This document shows positions 20,335 to 32,440 of a stretch of DNA of 34,353 bases, piece after piece (the first letter of the stretch is position 1; every line of letters begins with the position of its first letter). Under the pieces are notes generated by a model. It searched no databases. It had not been told where the DNA came from and saw only the letters and a list, made by a program, of their open reading frames with translations. This stretch comes from Malacoraja senta (taxonomy: Eukaryota). The position numbers and the translations under genes are program-made. Where the stretch lies: assembly GCA_038087875.1 (NCBI GenBank), contig JAXLNO010001468.1:124001-158353 (forward strand), given 5' to 3'.

Positions 20335-20965
20335 CATTAGGAAGCAACGTCCCACAAGTAGCCTCCACAGTCAAAAAGGTTTTTAAAAAGGCACAACAGA
20401 AGATGTACTTCCTGCGGCAGATGCGGAAGCACAATCTGCCACAGGCAATGATGGTCCAATTCCATACGGCCATCGTAGAGTCTGTCCTCACCTTCTCCAT
20501 CATGGTCTGGTTTGGCTCAGTCACCAAGCACGACACCTGGGGGTTGCAGCGAATCGTCCGATCAGCAGAGAAGGTTATTGGCTGCAACCTTCCCTCCATT
20601 GATGAACTGTACACTGCAAAGGCCAGGAAGCGAGCGGGCAAGATCATCTCTGACCCCTCTCACCCTGGCCACAAACTCTTTGAATCACTTCCCTCTGGAA
20701 GGCAACTCCGGACTGTCAAAGCTGCCACAGCCAGACATAAAAACAGTTTTTATCCACGAGTAGTTGCTCTACTCAACAGCCAAAAATCTGTAGCCTCCCT
20801 TTGATCTGGTATTTTGTTGGTTCGCATGCTTGATCAATGGTGTTTTATCATTAATGTTTTATTATTATTAATGTTTAGTGTTTTCTGAGTCATTCGTAAC
20901 TGTCACTGTATGTCATGTTGTTACTTGTGGGCGGAGCACCAAGGCAAATTCCCTGTATGTGAATA
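20335..20965 (+). mobile_element. 5'-truncated Rex1/Babar-like LINE
   Basis: KKAQQKMYFLRQMRKH...IVESVLTFSIMVWFG...LPSGRQLRTVKA.TARHKNSFYP. Confidence 0.9.
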
Positions 20966-20967
20966 TA

Positions 20968-21815
20968 TTTCCGGAAGTGGCGGCGCTGTCGTACAGCAGC
21001 GGCTCGCCTGCAGTCCGTCTGTTTTTACTTTTTTTGTTGTTTTCTTTTGTCCTGTTTTAGTTACATTTTAGTTTATTGGGTTGTGTATGTGTGGGGGGGG
21101 GGGTGAAACATGACTTTTGTCTCTTCCTTCGGGGGAATGCGACTTTTTCTTGTCGTATCCCCCTTCTCTGCCTCCGTCTGCGCCGAGGCCTAATGGCGGA
21201 GCTGCCGGCCTCCAACTCCAACTGCGAGCGACCGACCTCGAGGCTCCGGAGGCAGAGCCAGGACTTACCAGCGCGGGGCTGGCCGGCTTCGGGGCTGCGG
21301 TGGCGTTCCGGCGGTGGCGACCGAGGACACTGGTGGCGACCTGAATCCGGAGGCTCGGCCGCGGGCCCGGTGGACGACATCGTCGGGAGCGCGCAGGTCA
21401 CAGGTGGGTGACCTGTTTTTCTGGAGCTCCCGCAACTACAGCTGCGTCCGCTGGACTGGAGGGCGGCAGCTTCGGCCACCTCGGGCCGCGGAGTTTGAAC
21501 CGGCCCGTCACGGAGCACGGATTCAGCCGCGGGATTGACTTACCATCACCCGGCGGGGTCACAACATCAGAAGCCTGGATCGCCTCGGCGCAGAGGAAGA
21601 ACAAAGCGGGAAGAGACAGAGACTTTAAGACTTTTGCCTCCATCACAGTGAGGAGGTGCCTGGTGAACTCACTGTGGTGGATGTTAATTTGTGTTTATTG
21701 TGTGTTTTGTTATTTATTATTATATGTATGACTGCAGGCAACGAAATTTCGTTCAGACCGAAAGGTCTGAATGACAAATAAAGGAATCTCTAATCTCTCT
21801 AATCTCTAATCTCTA
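20968..21815 (+). mobile_element. ~850-bp GC/CpG-rich non-autonomous retroelement candidate
   Basis: Starts ccggaagtggcggcg. Ends with the hairpin ttcagacc-gaaa-ggtctgaa, aataaa and an (atctct)n tail. No credible ORF. Confidence 0.65.
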
Positions 21816-21863
21816 CTTACTTACTTACTTACTTACATACTTACTTACTTACATACTTACTTA
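21815..21863. repeat. (ACTT)n simple repeat adjoining the gap
   Basis: Seen directly. Confidence 0.9.
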
Positions 21864-22035
21864 NNNNNNNNNNNNNNNNNNNNNNNNNNNNNNNNNNNNN
21901 NNNNNNNNNNNNNNNNNNNNNNNNNNNNNNNNNNNNNNNNNNNNNNNNNNNNNNNNNNNNNNNNNNNNNNNNNNNNNNNNNNNNNNNNNNNNNNNNNNNN
22001 NNNNNNNNNNNNNNNNNNNNNNNNNNNNNNNNNNN
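21864..22035. other. Assembly gap, 172 N
   Basis: Run of N. Confidence 1.
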
Positions 22036-22143
22036 TCAGGAATCTGAAGCATGATTTCAAGTCTGTAGTATAGACAAAATTTAGGGCAATGTTCAATGAA
22101 GAGGAGAGATGTGCCAAGATACACAAAGACATTAATAAAGTAG

Positions 22144-22462
22144 GCATAGAGTCATAGTCATAGAGTGATACAGTGTGGAAACAGGCCCTTCGGCCCAACT
22201 CGCCAACACCAGCCAACAATGTCCCAGCTCCACTACTTGCCTGCGCTTGGTCCATATCCCTCCAAACCTGTCCTATCCATGTACCTGTCTAACTGTTTCT
22301 TAAATGTTGGGATAGTCCCAGCCTCAAGTACCTCCTGTGGCACCTTGTTCCATACACCCACCACCCTTTGTGCGAAAAAGTTAACCCTCGGATTCCTATT
22401 AAATCTTTTCCCCTTCACCTTGAACCTATGTCCTCTGGTCCTCGATTCCCCTACTCTGGGCA
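22144..22462 (-). mobile_element. CR1 3' end
   Basis: GESRTRGHRFKVKG...FFAQRVVGVWNKVP...GLEGYGP. Confidence 0.9.
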
Positions 22463-23149
22463 TGAAGTTGCCAAATTAATTTCATGTCAAAGAAAATTGT
22501 CCATTAGTTGGTGTCATTCCCCACACACAAGAAGTTGGTGTAGTTGTAGGAAGTCAATTATTCCAGCCAAAGCACATGAGGAATTAGAGGACAGTGTCCC
22601 ACGACTACCTCTCTACAGCTGACACATCATAAGGTTAATGGTTCAATGGTTCAATAGTTTATTTATTGTCACATGTACCAGGTACAGTGAAATACATTTT
22701 TTGCATACAGATCAGTAAGACTACCCCCATATATCAGAAGTGAGGACTATCACTCATGGCTCTACAATATTCAATTGCATCGTTGACTCCTCCGAAAATG
22801 AAGCAATCCGCGCTTGCATGCAACCAGACCTAGAAGGCACCAAGTATGGGCTGATAAATGTAAGGGTGTCTGTAGTTTATGCAAGTATTTTGGCTGGTAT
22901 GTCATCATATAGTGTTGTCTGTGCCCAGATCAGATTTGGACCGCACACAAGTAAGGTAGAAGTTCTGTTTAAGATTGTTTGCTACTTTAGAAAGTTCATT
23001 AAGTATATCGTCAGCCTCTGAATACCCGGATCACATTTTCTTTTCTTTCTTTATTTTCTTTATCTGGGATTTTTGGGAGATGGGATACATCGTCAAAGGA
23101 ATTTAAAGACTCTACTACTTTACTAGACGTAGGATCCCATCATTTACTG

Positions 23150-23460
23150 CTTTGTTTTAACTGCCCCAAGAAGATGTTGATGAGCTGGTGTACCTCCAAC
23201 ATAGTAATCCCCACTGGCCTCTGGCAAATAAAACTGCGAGTTCAAGGTGGTCATTGCAGTCAGTGTGTAAGTGCTCGGCAAAGCGCTCACCTCGTCTACG
23301 CTTAGTCTCTCCAGTGTAAAGAAGGCCACGTTGCGAGCACCAAATGCAATAGACAAGGTTGGAGGGGGTGCATGTGAATCTCTGCTGTTTGGTGCCCTGG
23401 ACGTTGGTGAGGGAGAAGGTGTAGGAACAAGTGTTGCGTCATCCTATGGGTGCAGATAAG
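23150..23460 (-). mobile_element. Old Penelope GIY-YIG fragment
   Basis: QQRFTCTPSNLVYCIWCSQRGLLYTGETKRRRGERFAEHL. Confidence 0.85.
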
Positions 23461-23469
23461 AAGGGGTGG

Positions 23470-23690
23470 GGACAGACAAATGGGACATGGAGTGAAACCA
23501 ATAGGAAAGGTGGCCCAGCCGTGGCTAATCAATGTAAAAGGGGGGTGGGAGATTGCAACCTTCACGTGGTCCGCCCTGTTTCGACGAATGCAATCAACCT
23601 GGCGTGCACAATCAAGTAAGATCAAATGGAACAAGTTGTCCTACAACTTTAGGCTGTGCACGTCATACACAAGAAGAAGAAGAATGTAAA
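23470..23690 (+). mobile_element. Probable LINE 3' end with (AAG)n tail, clade uncertain (RTE-like?)
   Basis: Ends ggctgtgcacgtcatacac(aag)n. No protein evidence. Confidence 0.35.
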
Positions 23691-24079
23691 AGGGCTTATA
23701 ATGTTGCCAGAAAAAAATCCTGAGTTCAAGGACAATTACAAAATACACCAAGAAATATAAAAGGATAGAGAAAATAGAGTACATGGGTGGTCTAACAAGA
23801 AATATAAAAATATATTGTTAAAACTTCTGTCGTTATATGAAGAGGAAAATGTTAGCCAAAGTTAACAACTTTACAGATGAGACATGTACATTTTGTCTGT
23901 CTTCAGTTTTCACCAGCATCTGCAGTTCCTCCCTACACATGTAAATTATATTGGGAGAATTGGAAATGACTGAAATATTTTGTAGTTATGTTCACAGAAG
24001 AAGATGGAAATTATCCTGGAAATAGTCGGGAAAAGCAGTGCCAAATAAACAAGGAGTTGGAATAAATAACATTAGCTAA

Positions 24080-24780
24080 AAGTAGTATGAGGCAGATCAA
24101 TGGAACAGAAAGTCAATAAATTCTGATGACCTGCATGCCAGGTTCTTGAAATAAGTCGACATGGAGATAGTGGATGCATCAGCTGCCAGCTTCCAAAATT
24201 CCACAGATACTGGAACCGTTCCCACAGACAAAAAGGAGAGAGAGATAGCAGTGAACAATAAGAAGAGAAAAAACAGGGAACTGTTAACTAAATGGTCTGA
24301 CATCAGTCGCAGCGAAAATGGTAGAATCTATTACTAAGGGAGTGGAAACATAATAATATAATAATATCCAACAGAGTCAATGTGGATTTGTAAAAGAGGA
24401 AATGTTTGATAAATTACTGGGAGTTTTTTGCAGTTGTAACTTCTCTTTTTAGGTTGTCACTCGGAGATAGTAACTTGTAACTGGCTGAATAGATAAAGGA
24501 AAAGATGTTCACATGGTGTGCTTGGATTCTTACCATAAGGAATGAGTTGCGTGGTGAATCTATGGAATTCTTTGCCTGTGGAGGCCATCAGTGGATATTT
24601 TTAAGGCAGAGATAGATAGATTCGTGATTAGTACGTGTGTCAGAGGTTATGGGGAGAAGGCAGGAGAATAAGGTTAAGAGGGAGAGATAGATCAGCCATG
24701 ATTGAATGGCAGAGTGGGCTTGATGGGCCGAATGGCCTAATTCTACTCCTATTCCTTGGCCTTATGACCTTATGATCTTG
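24080..24780 (+). mobile_element. Decayed CR1 RT pieces plus younger CR1 3' end (~24545-24780)
   Basis: tggtgaatctatggaattc...gatgggccgaatggcctaattctactcc, (ttatga) tail. Confidence 0.75.
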
Positions 24781-25209
24781 TCTCAGTGACTCGTCCAAAC
24801 AAAGGAAAAATAAAGCCATTTGCTGTTCAGAAAATGTAGCCTTTGTGAAACTGTGATTTGCCAGGACTCCAGTGAACATATTTCTTATACAAGATTGTGA
24901 TCAGATTCATTGTTTTCCTCTCATGGGTATACTCAGGCCATACCAACCTCCTGACTATGACAGCAGATATGATTTATTTCACACAGTTCAAACCAGGGCT
25001 GAAAACTGAACTGAACAATGACAGGAAAGTGCATGACCACAAGGTTGTTTCCAGAATTACGATACTATTAGAAACCAGAGTGGAAAGTGAATCTGCTGCC
25101 AATCAAAGCTTCTGACCATACCCCTGCAAACGGCTGAAACTGTTCTTATGCAGCCTATGAATATGATTAGTCTGGAAGTATGGTTCGGCTGATTAGTTTG
25201 GAACTATCA

Positions 25210-25700
25210 CAGCATGACTTGGGAACAGCTCCATCCACGACCGCAAGAAATAGCAGAGAAATGTCGACGCAGCCCAGACCATCACTCCATTTATACCACA
25301 CGCTGCCTCGGCAAGGCCAGCAGCATAATCAATGATGAGTCACACACTGGCTTCTCCCTCTTCTCCCATCGGGCAAAAGTTATAGAAGTGTGAAAACGCA
25401 CACCTCCAGATTCAGGGAGAGTTTCTTCCCTGCTGTTATCAGGCAACTGAACCATCCTATCACAGCCAGAGAGCAGTGCTGAACTACTACCTACTTCATT
25501 GGATACCCTTGGACTATCTTTGATTGGACTTTACTGACTCTATCTTGCACTAAACATTATTCACGTTATTCCCTTTATCATGTATCTGTACTCTGTGAAT
25601 GGCTCGATTGTAATCATTCATTGTCTTTCCGCTGACTGGTTAGCACGCAACAAAAGTTTTTTCACTGTATCTCGATACACGTGTCAATTATCTAAACTAA
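25210..25700 (+). mobile_element. Rex1-like LINE 3' end
   Basis: YTTRCLGKASSII...SGKSYRSVKTHTSRFRESFFPAVIRQLNH plus 3'UTR. Confidence 0.85.
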
Positions 25701-25869
25701 GTCTTTTGTTAAGTGCATTTTCCTGGAGAAATTACCCTTATTTCCTTGGGGGTGATGGATGTAATTTTTGTTATTGAGTTTTATTTGTACTATAAAGAGG
25801 CGCTGCTTTTCCTGTAAGTTAACTTTTTCTGTTGTAAATCCAGTCACTTACCTTATCCTGCTTTTTTAT

Positions 25870-26088
25870 GTGTAGGAAGGAACTGCAGATGCTGGTTTAA
25901 ATCAAAGATAGACGCAAAATGCTGGAGTAACTCAACCGGACAGGCAGCATCTCTGGAGAGAAGGAATGGGTGACGTTTCGGGCCGAGACCCTTCTTCAGA
26001 CTGTTCTCGACTCGAAACGTCACCCATTCCTTCTCTCCAGAGATGCTGCCTGTCCTGCTGAGTTACTCTAGCATTTTGTGTCTATTTT
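25870..26088. mobile_element. Penelope pLTR fold-back insert
   Basis: Inverted arms. TSD ctgcttttttat (25858-25869) / ctgctttttat (26089-26099). Confidence 0.85.
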
Positions 26089-27567
26089 CTGCTTTTTATT
26101 CATTGGCTGACTTGAAGGCGCTAAATTCTATTGAGACAATTCATATTCATAAACTTTTGCATTGGTTTGCACAGATATATTGAGCTGGAACAGAATCCAC
26201 ACTTGCCATTCACAGATCAGTGGTTCTGTCATAAAGTGTGAGATGCCCCTGCAGAAGGAATTTACGTAACTCAAGGAAGAGCAAGGGCCAAAAGAAAGTA
26301 TCAGAATTTCATTAGTGCAGGTTCCAGGAAAAGATGGACGATTTTGCATTTAAAACCTTTTTGTAGCCTCTCCCAAAGGCAACATGAAGAGAATAATTTG
26401 CTTCTGATCATTAAACAAAAGGTATCCTGATCATTGTACAGCTTTTTATAGCTCCTTACTGTTACAAGATCACACAGCCCAACATGGGCCATGTTATTTC
26501 ATCATTTGGAAATCTCTATCCTGGAGAGATGAACAATTAAATAGATTTAAGTCTGGGACCGATTTTTGGTCACACAGGGAGTCAAGAATTAGAAATGGGA
26601 AAGGAGTAGGATTGCAGGTCAAGATTAGATGATTTCATTGAATGGCAAGGCAGACTCAATGGACCCTCTGGACAACTACTGCTGCTTTTGGTTGTGTTCA
26701 CATGAACTAGGAACAAGAGCATGAGACGGGATTAGTAACAGCAACATGAACATGAGATTATCTTCACATGAACCCACGATCAGGAAATCTGGCAGAAATG
26801 CCAGTGCTCGAGACCGCCCCAAAATTACAGACCAGTCGGCGATTTTTGCACAAAACAACAGCTTGCTCCATTTTTTTGCTCACAATCACTATGGAGCAGC
26901 CACCTGCAATGTTCTACAAGAAAATAAGATCTGTGGTTAAAACAAAAAGTTGTTCTATCATGTTGGGACTGGAAGGCTATAAAATGATTCGGAATATAAT
27001 TTAAATCCTAGCTTCATGGACAGATGGTATGAAACAAAACAAACAAGGCCTGCTGGAACTGTAAATAACAACTCATATTTTTCTGGCAGCACAATTGGTA
27101 AGAAAAAATAGTCACTGACCAAACAATGAAGGAAAATAACGTGTCTCGCAGAAAGAGAAGGGAAGCAAAAATCCACACAAAATGCTGCAGAACTCAAGGT
27201 CAAAGGGACTCCAAGCCTAACATTCCGTGCCTTAAACAATCCTGGCCATGACAGTGTCCTGAGATTAGCCTTATCTCCGGCGGGTGATGTGGGGTGAGAC
27301 TGATGGCTGCAAGAGGACTCTGTGAACTAGCACTTAAATTAACTTAAATGATCATCAGTAAAATGGAAGAATTTGAGAATTGAAACAATAGCTTTTGTCC
27401 AAGTCAATAAACTTAATCTGGTCAAAAGTTGGGGATAACAATTGGACTAGAAATGAAAATAAAGAAAAGTTTAGTCTTCCAGAATACACATCAGGATTGC
27501 TAATAAAACAGGAATTTATCGCTAATAATTTCTACCCTCCTTCTTACAATTGTCACAGGCTGTACAT

Positions 27568-27805
27568 TATAGAGTCATAGTCATAGAGTGTGGAAACAGG
27601 CCCTTCGGCCCAACTTGCCCACACCGGCCAACATGTCCTAGCTACACTAGTCCCACCTGCCCGCGTTTGGTCCATATCCCTCCAAACCTGACCTATCCAT
27701 GTACCTGTCTAACTGTTTCTTAAATGTTGGGATAGTCCCTGCCTCCACTACCTCCTCTGACAGCTCGTTCCATACATCCACCACCCTTTGTGTGAAAAAA
27801 TTAAG
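27568..27805 (-). mobile_element. CR1 3' end
   Basis: Same family as 22144-22462. Confidence 0.88.
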
Positions 27806-28399
27806 GAATCCAAGTCTGCTTCATATGGTTTTGCTGTAAACTTAAATAGAAGGAAACCTGTCCCTCAGGGCCGGCCTTAAGCCAATTGGACCGATTGCGC
27901 CCAATTGGACCCTGCGCCTAAGGGGGCCCCGCACTAATTTTCCGTATTTCGTACGGAAATATGAATTCGCGTTGTTAAATACAGATTTTTTTTTTGACAC
28001 ATTCGCCTTTTTTTTGACACATACGGATTAAAAAAAAAATAACATGGATAAAAACCGCTGCACCGGCCATCAGACAAAAACGATTTGTTAACTACCACTG
28101 TTAGCACTTATTAACGGCCAGTAGTTAACACGTAGTTATACAATGTGTCATCAATGCATCGATCCACACTCCTCAGTAAATGTAATTGTGTTTTGAACTC
28201 CCGTGAATTTTATTCAAAGGAACGTGGCGTCATTAATACTTGGTCAAAACACAATTACATTTACTGAGATGTAGATCGATGTATTGATGACACATTGAGA
28301 ATTTCTTAATATTCACTGTCATGATTGAGAGCTCCAGACCGCGAGTACGGGCTTCTTCTTGGTGTGCAGGTAAAGTCATTCACCTACCGACCCACGTTG

Positions 28400-28512
28400 T
28401 GTCTCTCTGTCTTTCGCTCTCTCCCTCCCTCCCTCTCTCTCTCACGTGCTCTCTCTCTCTCTCCCGCTCCCCATCTCATCTCTCTCTCGCTCTCTCACTC
28501 CCTCTCTCTCAC
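28400..28512. repeat. CT-rich microsatellite-like tract
   Basis: Seen directly. Confidence 0.85.
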
Positions 28513-28689
28513 CCTGTCGCCTCGGCATTCCCGGAATCATTTGACGTTTTGCGCTGATGGCTGCATCTGCGGTTTCTTTCTGTTGGGGGGGGGAGTCCTG
28601 GCCCGTGGCGGCTCCTGGTCTGTTCCCTCCGTGGGTGCCGCCTTGACCGCTCTCTGCACTCTGTGTTTTTTGTTTGGCTCTGGAGATGA

Positions 28690-28885
28690 AGGTGGACACA
28701 GGGGGCTGTGGTAGCTCAGTGGGACGGGCAGCGGCTCTGGGGAGAGGGTTGCATTTCTGGTCAAGACCCTTCTTCAGACAATCACAAGTACTCTCACCGA
28801 CGAGAGTTCAGTTCAGTCTGAAGAAGGGTCTTCTCTCCAGAGTCGCTGCGCTGCCTGTCCTGTTGAGTTAATCCAGCAGTCTATC
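28690..28885. mobile_element. Diverged Penelope pLTR fold-back inside the hAT element
   Basis: gacccttcttcagac ... cagtctgaagaagggtc inverted arms. No clear TSD. Confidence 0.7.
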
Positions 28886-30012
28886 TTCAATTTCAGAGTT
28901 AAATAAAATTTCTCATGGGTGGGGGGGGGGGGCGAAGGTTAGGTTGTTAGCCAAGAAAGATAGACCAAGAACGATGTTACTGTACTGAGGGATAGCCAAG
29001 TCTATCCCTCATTGATAGCAGCTGATGGGAAGCGGCTGTAAAGTGGGAAGCGGCTGTAAAAGGACAGCGCAGCTGGGAGTGGGGGGGGGGTAGAGTTTCT
29101 TTCACAGCGTGTGGGGAGTCTTGCCAGGGGTAAAATTGCGGGGAGGGCAGGAGCGTTGAGAAGGAGGGGGTCGGGGATCATGCCAGCATCCAGCTCAAGA
29201 GCGGGTCAGCGGGCGATGGATAACAGGACAGCGGGCGGTGGAGCTTACTCCATATGTCAGTGTGAGTAACCTCAATTGGTCCCTTGTTCGCGCTGACACA
29301 GGAGTAAGCTCCACTGCCCGCTGTCCTGTTATCCATCACCTGCTGACCCACTCCGCTCTATGATCTTTGCTCTTGAGCTGGTCCCCTCACTGTTCAGACG
29401 GAGAGCACTGCCAGAGGTGAGCGGGCCGGCAGAAGGCGCTGATGTCCTGACGGCCGCTCGTAGCCATGCGAGCTGCTTCCCTCCCCGGCAACAATGTGGC
29501 GTCTCCGCGCCCGGAATGCCGCGGCAGCGGTGAGTGAGTGGGTTACTGGCATGATCCCCAACCCCGCTCCTTCTCAAAGCTGTTGCTCTCCCCACAACTT
29601 TACCCCTGGCCATGACTCCCCACACACTGTGAAAGGAACTCTCCCCCCAATTGGTCCCTTGAACAAGTATTGTCATTCAATAAGATCACAACTGATTCAA
29701 CTTGTCCCGGTGTGCTCCCGTTTTTCCACCATCTCTCCACCTGCCATCACCCTCCACCCCCCACCCATTCAGTAATTCAGAAAGATGGAGGTTTGGAAGC
29801 CTTGTGCAAATTGAAATGTTACTTACTTTCTTTTTCTTTTTTCTTTTTACGGTGAGAACAATCTGCGCATGCGCGGTTTAAGATTTTTTTAATAGCCGAC
29901 TGACTGCCTACCCTGAGTAATTACTCATGGCACGTGCCTGAATATGACTCATTTATAATTATATATTTATATTTCTATGAAAATTGTTCCCAATTGGGCC
30001 CTGCACCTCCTA

Positions 30013-32440
30013 AAAATTAGAAATGCGTGCAACAAAGGTAAAACAGTTATAATGGGTGACTTCAATCTACATATAGATAGGGTGAATCAAATTGGCAGGG
30101 GTGCTGAGGAAGAGGATTTCTTGGAATGTATGCGGGATAGTTTTCTAAACCAACATGTTGAGGAACCAACGAGAGAGCAGGCTATTCTAGACTGGGTATT
30201 GAGTGATGAGGAAGGGTTAGTTAGCAGTCTTGTTGAGTGTGGCCCCTTGGGTAAGAGTGACCATAATATGGTTGAGTTCTTCATTAGGATGGAGAGTGAC
30301 ATAATTAATTCAGAAACAAGGGTTCTGAACTTAAAGAAAGGTAACTTTGAGGGTATGAGACGTGAATTGGCCAAGATAGACTGGCAATTGATTCTTAAAG
30401 GGTTGACGGTGGATATGCAATGGAAGGCATTTAAAGACTGCATGGATGAACTACAACAATTGTTCATCCCAGTTTGGCAAAAGAATAAATCAGGGAAGGT
30501 AGTGCATCCGTGGATTACAAGGGAAATCAGGGATGGTATCAAAAGATGAAGCATACAAATTAGCCAGAAAAAGCAGCCTACCAGAGGACTGGGAGAAATT
30601 CAGTCCATAAGAGGAGGACAAAGGGCTTAATTAGGAAAGGAAAAATAGGTTATGAAAGAAAACTGGCAGGGAACATAAAAACTGACTGCAAAAGTTTTTA
30701 TAGATATGTGAAGAGAAAAAGATTAGTTAAAACAAATGTAGGTCCCTTGCAGTCAGAAACAGGTGAATTGATCATGGGGAACAAGGACATGGCAGACCAA
30801 TTGAATAACTACTTTGGTTCTGTCTTCACTAAGGAAGACATAAATAATCTGCTGGAAATAGCAGGGGACCGGGGGTCAAATGAAATGGGGGAACTGAGTG
30901 AAATCCAGGTTAGTCGGGAAGTGGTGTTAGGTAAATTGAATGGATTAAAGGCCGATAAATCCCCAGGGCAGATAGGCTGCATCCCAGAGTACTTAAGGAA
31001 GTAGCCCCAGAAATAATGGATGCATTAGTGATAATTTTTCAAAACTCTTTAGATTCTGGAGTAGTTCCTGAGGATTGGAGGGTAGCTAATGTAACCCCAC
31101 TTTTTAAAAAGGGAGAGGGAGAGAAAACGGGGAATTACAGACCAGTTAATCTAACATCGGTAGTGGGGAAAATGCTAGTCAGTTATTAAAGATGGGATAG
31201 CAGCAAATTTGGAAAGTGGTGAAATCATTGGACAAAGTCAGCATGGATTTATGAAAGGTAAATCATGTCTGACGAATCTTATAGAATTTTTTGTAGATGT
31301 AACTAGTAGAGTGGATAAGGGAGAACCAGTGGATGTGTTATATCTGGACTTGGCAGACAGGAAGCAAAGAGTAGGAGTAAACGGGTCCTTTTCACAATGG
31401 CAGGCAGTGACTAGTGGGGTACCGCAAGGCTCAGTGCTGGGACCCCAGCTATTTACAATATATATTAATGATTTGGATGAGGGAATTGAATGCAACATCT
31501 CCAAGTTTGCGGATGACACGAATCTGGGGGCAGTGTTAGCTGTGAGGAGGATGCTAGGAGGCTGCAAGGTGACTTGGATAGGTTGGGTGAGTGGGCAAAT
31601 GCATGGCAGATGCAGTATAATGTGGATAAATGTGAGGTTATCCACTTTGGTGGCAAGAACAGGAAAGTAGACTATTATCTGAATGGTGGCCAATTAGGAA
31701 AAGGGGAGATGCAACGAGACCTGGGTGTCATGGTACACCAGTCATTGAAAGTAGGCATGCAGGTGCAGCAGGCAGTGAAGAAAGCGAATGGTATGTTAGC
31801 TTTCATAGCAAAAGGATTTGAGTATAGGAGCAGGGAGGTTCTACTGCATTTGTACAAGGCCTTGGTGAGACCACACCTGGAGTATTGTGTACAGTTTTGG
31901 TCTCCTAATCTGAGGAAAGACATTCTTGCCATAGAGGGAGTACAGAGAAGGTTCACCAGACTGATTCCTGGGATGGCAGGACTTTCATATAAAGAAAGAC
32001 TGGATAGACTCGGCTTGTACTCACTAGAATTTAGAAGATTGAGGGGGGATCTTATAGAAACGTACAAAATTCTTAAGGGTTTGGACAGGCTAGATGCAAG
32101 AAGATTGTTCCCGTTGTTGGGGAAGTCCAGAACAATGGGTCACAGTTTAAGGATAAGGGGGAAGTCTTTTAGGACCGAGATGAGAAAAACATTTTTCACA
32201 CAGAGAGTGGTGAATCTGTGGAATTCTCTGCCACAGAAGGTAGTTGAGGCCAATTCATTGGCTATATTTAAGAGGGAGTTAGATGTGGCCCTTGTGGCTA
32301 ATGGGATCAGGGGGTATGGAGAGTAGGCAGGTACAGGATACTGAGTTGGATGATCAGCCATGATCATATTGAATGGCAGTTTCGGCTCGAAGGGCCGAAT
32401 GGCCTACTCCTGCACCTACTTTCTATGTTTCTATGTTTCT
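30013..32440 (+). mobile_element. 5'-truncated CR1 LINE ORF2 (partial APE, RT, 3'UTR)
   Basis: [61 protein letters not shown]; (tttctatg) tail; frameshifts and an internal deletion. Confidence 0.95.

Noticed and set aside
21057-21731. Several 60-150 aa ORFs in the GC-rich element
   Set aside because: Overlapping on both strands with low-complexity composition and no domain motif; expected from GC content.
21745-21785. Possible type III hammerhead at gttcagaccgaaaggtctgaatga
   Set aside because: CUGAAUGA does not fit CUGANGA in register with the stem, and there is no stem II/GAAA; better explained as a LINE-type 3' stem-loop.
21857-22255. ORFs spanning the N gap
   Set aside because: Artefacts of translating through Ns and CR1 3'UTR.
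25840-25860. Perfect minus-strand donor ataag|gtaagt next to a Penelope insert
   Set aside because: No supportable upstream acceptor or ORF; a 9-mer like this is expected by chance in 34 kb.
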